A stretch of 63,969 nt of DNA, filler included, from Licmophora abbreviata (Eukaryota): assembly GCA_900291995.1 (NCBI GenBank). It is 19 parts of 19 records of this genome, joined end to end, with 100 filler letters (N's around TTAATTAATTAA, not from the genome) between each part and the next. Parts side by side here need not be neighbours in the genome. Positions count along the whole stretch, not along the records: positions 55,621 to 62,183 come from OLMU01000640.1; positions 62,284 to 63,969 come from OLMU01000644.1; 17 more parts are not named here. One strand, given 5' to 3'. The notes beneath the pieces are model-generated. The model made no database searches and was not told the origin of the DNA. It was given only the letters and a program-made list of their open reading frames with translations. Positions 57,462-63,969 of this stretch are shown here, piece after piece. Numbering within the stretch: the first letter of the stretch is position 1; each line of letters begins with the position of its first letter. The translations under genes and the position numbers were made by a program.

Positions 57462-59451
57462 CTATTTCTTTTCGGTGGCTCCGAATTCAGTCTTGAGGAT
57501 ATCGAGCAAGATAGGCATCAAGTCCTCTTCGGCCAGTGGCACGCCCTTCTTGTAGGGCTCCAGTGACAGATGCGCGTCCTCGCCGATGCGCCCGCCCACA
57601 AATATATTGCATCCAGGAACGGCCTTGGCCTTGCCGGACTCCTCGTCCATCTTCTTGGCCGGGGCGCCCATGATGCCAATGTCGGCCACTTGAACTTGAC
57701 CGCAACTGTTGGGGCTGTGTATGTGATTGACGAACAAGACAAAGAAAAAGTCGTGGATGAGCGCAATGACGTTCTTCCATTCAACAAGCGAACCTCAATA
57801 CGCCAACTTACCAACCAGTCCAGTGGATTCGAATGGGTCGGTCGACGGAAACCAGTGATTCCAGCTTCTTGCCAATGGTTTCGGCATTGAACTTTGTTTC
57901 GATAAGAGCGAGACTGCAGAACTGTGCGCCTGTGCAACTCACAACGTTGCCCTCGATGAATCCTGGATTTACGGCAAGCCTGGAGTCCCCAGAAAGAGCT
58001 GCCTCCGCCAAGAGTTCGTCAACCTTGGATGCATCGACGTTCGGGAGAATGATATTCTGCTCGACCGTCAAGCGGATCTCGCCATCCGAGTACTTGTCGG
58101 CGAGGTCAGCGACGTCGCGACATTCCGTTTGACTGAGGCGACCGGTAGGAACGAGGATTCCGACACGGACCAGACCTTCCTGAGGCTGCTGGTGAACACC
58201 CAACAGCTCGCGTCGTTCAAAGGGCTCTGTGGGGGCGACCTGAGCATTGTCGATCTTGACACCTCGGTCATAGCTCTCCACTTCCTTCACAACAGCCTCC
58301 TTGAACTCTGCCACTCCATACTTTTCGACCAACCACATGAGGCGAGCTTTCTGTCGATCCTTGCGCTCGCTCTCGTCACGGAACAGACGAAGAATCGCTT
58401 CGCACAAGGTCACCACAGAGTTTCGGTCGGCAGGAATCCACATGTTGGACTCGACTGACTCGGCAACACGTTTGATGGACATGTAACCACCCAGAACAAC
58501 ATTAAACCCCATTTCTCCCGTCTCGGCATGAGCACAGGGCTGCAGACCAATGTCGTTGATATGCGTGTGGGCATAATCGTCGCGGGATCCAGAGACAGCA
58601 ATGTTGAACTTGCGCGGCAAGTTACCCCACACTGGGTTGCCACGCGTCTGCGTGACGGGATCCAGACTCACCAAGTCGTTCAGGGCGTTGCACAACTCAC
58701 GTGTATCGACTAACTCCTTATCATCGATGCCTGCCAGAGGACTTCCGACCATGTTACGAACATTGTCGAGGGCCGACTGGAAGCTTGTCTGGTTGCGAGC
58801 GTGTAGTCCATCGATAATGTCGGGGGCATCTTCAATCTTGACACCACGAAGCTGGATATTGGCGCGAGTGGTTATGTCGACCACGCCCCCCTCTTTGCCG
58901 TACTTTTCGACACAGTCGGCGTAAAAACGCATCTGATCCGCGTTGACAATTCCATTTGGAACCTTCAGTCGCATCATGAACTGACCGGGAGTGCGCTTGT
59001 TTCGGTGGAGCATACCGACGTACTTCAGTCTCTGTGTAAAACATGGATAGAAGTGTGAGCAGAAGCTTGGTCAATGCTTGTCTATGCATCCGATATCCTA
59101 TAAGTCACGTACCGAGTCGAGATCGGCCTTTTCGACTTCGTCCCAAGTCATTTCACCGTCTCGAATTTTTCGGGCGTATTCGTAAACGTCGACCCATGCC
59201 GACGTAGCATCCTTCTTCATCTTGATCTTTTCAATAGGACTCCCAATCTTGGCTCTCTCAAGAGTTTCTTCCGGCAAGAAGGAGGCACCTGTGGCCTTTC
59301 CCGTGCGCGTGTCAATGTCGTTGTCAATGGCCGAGACGGAAAGCGGGGAAGACTGTTGTCGCATTCCGAAGGGTGATACTGATGTGAACGCATCACATGA
59401 GGCAGAAACCAGAGCTCCAGTGAGCAGCAGATTCCTTGATGATAGCTTCAT
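57462..59451 (-). CDS. nirA: Ferredoxin-nitrite reductase, plastid-targeted
   Basis: Leader MKLSSRNLLLTGALVSASCDA-FT, then FMMRLKVPNG, DITTRANIQLRG, DNVRN, NLPRKFNIAVSG, SCTGAQFC and HWTG|CPNSCGQ (siroheme/4Fe-4S cysteines); two introns. Confidence 0.95.
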
Positions 59452-60032
59452 ATTGGTCGTTCGTGCGTATTGGCGAGAATGTTTTCAAGAACAATAGGTC
59501 GGTGCGGAAGTAAGTGAGAAAGATTGGCGGCCAATCGAAAGCCAGTTGTGTGAAAAAGTGACGGAAGTTTTGCGCACTTCGAAACTTGGCGCGCCCTTCT
59601 TGAGCCACGTCAGCTTGGCTCCTTCCGGAAGTCGCACCGATGTCGCATACTGAAGGTCATCGCGTCATAGTGACATAGCCATCGGAGTGACTCGCAATTG
59701 ACATGATAGCGTGTGCAGGGTACAATCAAATGTACTGTTGGTCTCATTACACCCAAGTGTCTATACGAAAACAAGTCTCTTGTGCCGGCTCGAAGGGCGC
59801 AGACGCTGACAGCTACCTCGTGAAGTCAGCTCTTGGTACTACCATCATAAAAAGTACGTACGACGCAAATAGTCTAATCTACAACACTAGAAGCTGTTTG
59901 TGTATGAAAATGCTTTGCTTATAATATAGACTAAGCATAACGACTAACACTGTCATCTTGATCAGACAGTGTCATCTAGCAGTTGCATGCTGGGCCTTGT
60001 ATACAAAGCTGCCCAAATGCCTGCATGCGCGC

Positions 60033-61460
60033 CTACAAGTTGGCACGCATGTCATCTTCCTCTTCGCCCTCCATAGGCTTGCCGTAAACACGGACACGGC
60101 TAATACCACCATCTGGAAAGATGCTGACACGCACGTGCGTTAGAGCACGCGTCGCATTCTGAATCTGTTGCAAGTCGGCGTCAAACACGTGTTCGGCATC
60201 GGGCGACATGCGCGTTCTCGCCAAGAGTGGAAACCATGCGACGTGCTCGCCGTGGACGATTTGTTCTTCTGTGATTCCTCGCTCAGCGAAACATCCCTCC
60301 ACACGAACGCTTTCGGGATAGTTGCCGCGAAAGTGCTTGGTGTCGAGCAAGATGCGAGTGACACCGTCCGGTGCCATCTTGCCGAGCTTCAAGATGGCCC
60401 AGTCGCTCAGATGACTGTCGACCAATCCCGTGTCTTCGTCTGTCACCAAAACACTAGGACGTTCAGGATTACGAGCCGTCTCCCATCCGTCTCCCATATC
60501 TTGTCCCAGAGTAGAACGAATCAAGTTGGACGGAGTGCCGTAGTGCTGGTTGGAAGAAGCGACACCCACGCCGCCGTAGTTAGCGCCCGATAGTTCGGGA
60601 TACTCGTACACCTGTTGGGATGGAGGCCAAGAGGTGGTGCAGTGGGGAACGACGGTGCAGATGCGGCCTGTGGTGATGGGAAGATATAGAGGCGCATGCG
60701 GTGGTTCCGGCGACTCCGTAGAGACGCCCCAGCATCGTACACGAGCGACGCCGCCATCGGGGAAGTAGCTCACTCGCAAGTGCGTTCCCACCATGGGAGC
60801 TGGTAGTGTGAAGTAATGCATACGAGTAGCTTCATACCCAGGGCGCAAGGGAGTCTTGGACACGAGATCCCGCCAAGCGACTGGATGACAGGCAATATGA
60901 GCCTGAGCAACCTCGTCGGGAGTATGACCGACACCTTGGCGACCACCGCGCAAGAGACGATCCATCGCCCCGGGCAGTTGAGACACGAGCGTCGATTCTT
61001 GTTCGCAGCTCAAATCGGCAAGCTGGATAGAGATCATCGGAGTATTGTTGCCCGTAAAATGCGCCGTATCGATCTCGATTGCCACGAGCTCGGCTCGGTC
61101 CGCTAGCTGAATAATGCACCAGTCATGGCCTGCTTCTCGGCGTCGACGGCTCTCCCACCCGTCCATGACTTTGCCCTGCTCGCAATATAGATCGTCGACG
61201 AAGATGGGAGGTCCATCCTGGAGGAGATTGTCAGCGCAGGCGAACCATTCGTCTGTGGCGAAGAGGCACTTGGCTCCCTCGGAGGAGGAGCATAGGTTCT
61301 CGTAGGAGTCGTAGGGAGACTTGGGCTGCACGTTTTTGGCTAGTTCCGTTGCTGCCTCCTCCACGTGAGTGGTGGTCTTGTCGAGAGTGCGGACATCGAG
61401 GGTGGAGGAGATAGAGGAGAGCTGAGAAAAGAGCGATGTGCTGCCAATTTTGGTTACCAT
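60033..61460 (-). CDS. alc: Allantoicase
   Basis: Two allantoicase repeats: FATDEWFACADNLL, MDGWESRRRR..GHDWCII, IDTAHFTGN, FPDGGVARVR; and MGDGWETAR, DTKHFRGNYP, FPDGGISRVRVYG. Confidence 0.93.
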   Translation of the reverse strand: MVTKIGSTSLFSQLSSISSTLDVRTLDKTTTHVEEAATELAKNVQPKSPYDSYENLCSSSEGAKCLFATDEWFACADNLLQDGPPIFVDDLYCEQGKVMDGWESRRRREAGHDWCIIQLADRAELVAIEIDTAHFTGNNTPMISIQLADLSCEQESTLVSQLPGAMDRLLRGGRQGVGHTPDEVAQAHIACHPVAWRDLVSKTPLRPGYEATRMHYFTLPAPMVGTHLRVSYFPDGGVARVRCWGVSTESPEPPHAPLYLPITTGRICTVVPHCTTSWPPSQQVYEYPELSGANYGGVGVASSNQHYGTPSNLIRSTLGQDMGDGWETARNPERPSVLVTDEDTGLVDSHLSDWAILKLGKMAPDGVTRILLDTKHFRGNYPESVRVEGCFAERGITEEQIVHGEHVAWFPLLARTRMSPDAEHVFDADLQQIQNATRALTHVRVSIFPDGGISRVRVYGKPMEGEEEDDMRANL

Positions 61461-61846
61461 GGTGGAGTTCGTTGGAAAAAGTGTGCAGAATTCACGTTCG
61501 AAAAAGAATTCCGGAGCGTGGTGCCGCAACCAAGCGTTCTTCACTTCTACTCTCTCGCATAAATGACTTGATTTGGATGCGTTGTGGCATATCACAGACG
61601 CTAGAAAATTGAAGCTGTGCTTGTGCCACAATGTGGCCTGCCGCAAGTCGCCACCACGAGGTTCGACGTCGCTCATTCGGTGACGTAGCTCGTGTCCCTG
61701 ACGTACACAATCAATAACCCTCATGTCTGAAGCTTACAAATATATTCACCATACAAAACGTCGCAACAGTACCGGTGCGACATTTGTTCTCGCTCGAAAG
61801 AGCTCTTCTATCTTCTGTCTTCTTTGACGAAGGAGCCTTGAAGACC

Positions 61847-62467
61847 ATGAAAAAAGACCGCGGTACGATGAATGGCAGAGGCGAATACAGGGTCGATCTG
61901 GACGCCCGGCTGGGGTTTGGAGCTCCGCAAGGTATACAGCAGTCTTCACAGCAACAGCAGAAAGCGTCGAAGAACTCGCAGCCACAGAATTACGGCGGTC
62001 CGGCGTCTCTGGAGGGGTACGATCCCGCGAAAGCCTCCGCTGTGCATGTGTCCTACCAGAACCCTCCTACCGTCACGTACTTGCCTCCTCCTCAAAACCT
62101 TTTGGCGCATATACCGACACAATTGATTCATCTGCATGGTACCGCCGTCGTTCACTCAGTAAAGCCACCCCCTTCTGCCATGTNNNNNNNNNNNNNNNNN
62201 NNNNNNNNNNNNNNNNNNNNNNNNNNNTTAATTAATTAANNNNNNNNNNNNNNNNNNNNNNNNNNNNNNNNNNNNNNNNNNNNATGATACGGCTGCCGAT
62301 GAAGCAGCTGCCGCCGAGGCTGCCGAAGCGGAAGCAGCAGCTGCTGCGGAAGCCGCGAGATTGGAGGAAGAAAGATTGGCAGCAGAGGCCACAGCAATGT
62401 CGCTAGAAGAGCCAGCTGCAGAAGAGGAGAAGGAAGATGGCCCCGACGACTTCGGTGACGATTGGTG
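61847..62467 (+). CDS. Hypothetical protein fragments either side of a linker: Q/P-rich N-part and Ala/Glu-rich acidic C-terminus
   Basis: ORF MKKDRGTMNGRG... runs into the gap. After the gap the sequence reads DTAADEAAAAEAAEAE...EEEKEDGPDDFGDDW*. The two parts may belong to different genes. Confidence 0.4.
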
Positions 62468-62971
62468 AGGGGAAAGTAGCAACGTATCGAATCAACACCA
62501 AATAAGGAACATTATAGTCAAAGTAAAGAACTGCTTGGACCTGCGATCGCGTATACCATGTCATAGGTGCGTCTGGGGAAGGGTCGCGGTATTAGATGAT
62601 CATGGGCAATGTATGATTTTCGGGGCAAAGATGTGGAATGGACGAGAGCACAGATTCAGTCTGTACTCCTACCGCGTTGACCGGTTGCAATCGGATCACG
62701 GAAAAGATTCTCGCGGGACTCGATGGCGCACGACCTCGCGTTGTTGGAGTAATTGACGCTAATAAAAAGAAGAGGAATACGTTTCGCAAGCCCTGGAGTT
62801 TCGACGTTGCGTGATCTGTCAAGACTGCTCCACCCATGCGTTGAGCCCATTGGCAGCACCACGGTACTCACAGCACTTTGACCTTGCGTGCACCTCATGC
62901 CTTCCCGATAGTTTTCGACGCCTCACCCAAACCTTGAACGACAGCTTTGATGGGAACAGACGTTTGATGCG

Positions 62972-63969
62972 ATGAATTCCCCGTCATCCGCATTGACTCG
63001 CTCTCCCAAGAGTACGATGAGCCCCGAAGACAACGATTTTCCCATAGAATCATCACCACAAGACGAGTCGAAGCAGGCACGCGGTATCACTATGAAACTA
63101 TTTTGCATGAGCAGCACTAAATTCATGGTGCTCATGATTTTGTGCCTCCAGAACACTTTGTTCACACTGTTGCGGCGATACTCACTGGGGGTTCTGAAGG
63201 AAGACTTCAGCAAGGTACGGTCAATCAGTTGCCTCCCAAACCCCTCTCTTGTTGGGATGTGCAGTCAGGAAGTGGGCATATTGAATGCTGAAAACTCTTC
63301 CTTCCCCCACTCTTCTCACTTTCATCATCGCCTCTTTCGTAACTCCTTAGCATGAAGTATTATTGGTCGGTGAAGTGATCAAGATGATATTTTCCGCGTA
63401 CATGATCGCCGGGGAGTTGCCAAAATCACAAAGTCTTGCTATTCGTTTGCGCCACCTCGTTCGAAAGTCGGGCAAGATGATCTTTCTGGCAGTAATGTAT
63501 GGTGCAATGAACATACTTTCGTTTGTTTCCTTGCGAAACATTGGCGCCGGCATGTTTACCATCTTTGCGCAGTGCAAAATACTGACAACCGCAACCTTCA
63601 GTACCATTCTACTCGGACGGCAGCACTCGTGGACGAAATGGAGAGCGCTCATCGCGCTCATGCTAGGTGCTCTACTGTTCAGTGAACCCATTTGGCACGA
63701 CAAAGATAATCTGTTGAGTGCGGAAGCAGATGAAGCCGATGTTCTTTTGGGAACGGCCGCGGTGCTGACAGAAGTGACATTGTCTGGATTTGCATCCATC
63801 TACTTTGAGAAGGTCATCAAGACGGACCATGAAAAACTTAGTATATGGGAACGCAACTTCCAACTGGCTATGGGAAGCTTTCCTATCTACCTCATCTTTC
63901 TCATTCATAACCAGGGCGGTCCGCCGGCTACCTCGGTGGGTGGAGTGTAATGGCCTTCATCCTGTCGTC
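62972..63969 (+). CDS. Nucleotide-sugar transporter, SLC35A (UDP-Gal/CMP-Sia) family; 3' end beyond the window
   Basis: LCLQNTLFTLLRRYS, GEVIKM, AQCKILTTATFS.ILLGR...KWRAL and SGFASIYFEKVIK...SIWERNFQL; intron ~63214-63350. Confidence 0.9.

Noticed and set aside
61461..61724. N-terminal extension of allantoicase in the ORF track
   Set aside because: It has no targeting features and resembles promoter/UTR sequence; the ATG at 61460 (ccaccATGG) has a better start context.

Overview
This is a gene-dense (~50% GC) eukaryotic nuclear segment, almost certainly from a diatom or related stramenopile. The evidence is short GT-AG introns, bipartite signal-peptide + ASAFAP-like plastid leaders, a plastid ferredoxin-nitrite reductase and a Pol III tRNA. 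It is a stitched pseudo-scaffold: 18 artificial 100-nt linkers (N-run, TTAATTAATTAA, N-run) join contigs, and several single-base frameshifts look like assembly errors. About 34 protein genes and one tRNA-Thr(CGT) are supportable. Most are housekeeping (EMC4, PNPase, ECD, AP sigma, adenylate kinase, THP3/LENG8, MEMO1, M18 aminopeptidase, p24, OGFOD1, RCHY1, GMP synthase, LST8, UBC9, patatin, SLC35A). The most notable items are: an intron-containing, apparently cytosolic PPi-type PEP carboxykinase; a PH-START-TM protein fused to an apparently catalytically dead 2-oxoacid-dehydrogenase E2-like domain; a cysteine synthase-glutaredoxin fusion; an Fe/Mn-SOD whose tripartite (ER + transit + twin-arginine) leader appears only after splicing; a LAMTOR1/Ego1-like lipidated protein; and an SBP-like zinc-finger protein. 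I saw no CRISPR array, transposon or prophage. All family calls come from motif recognition by eye; no searches were run.
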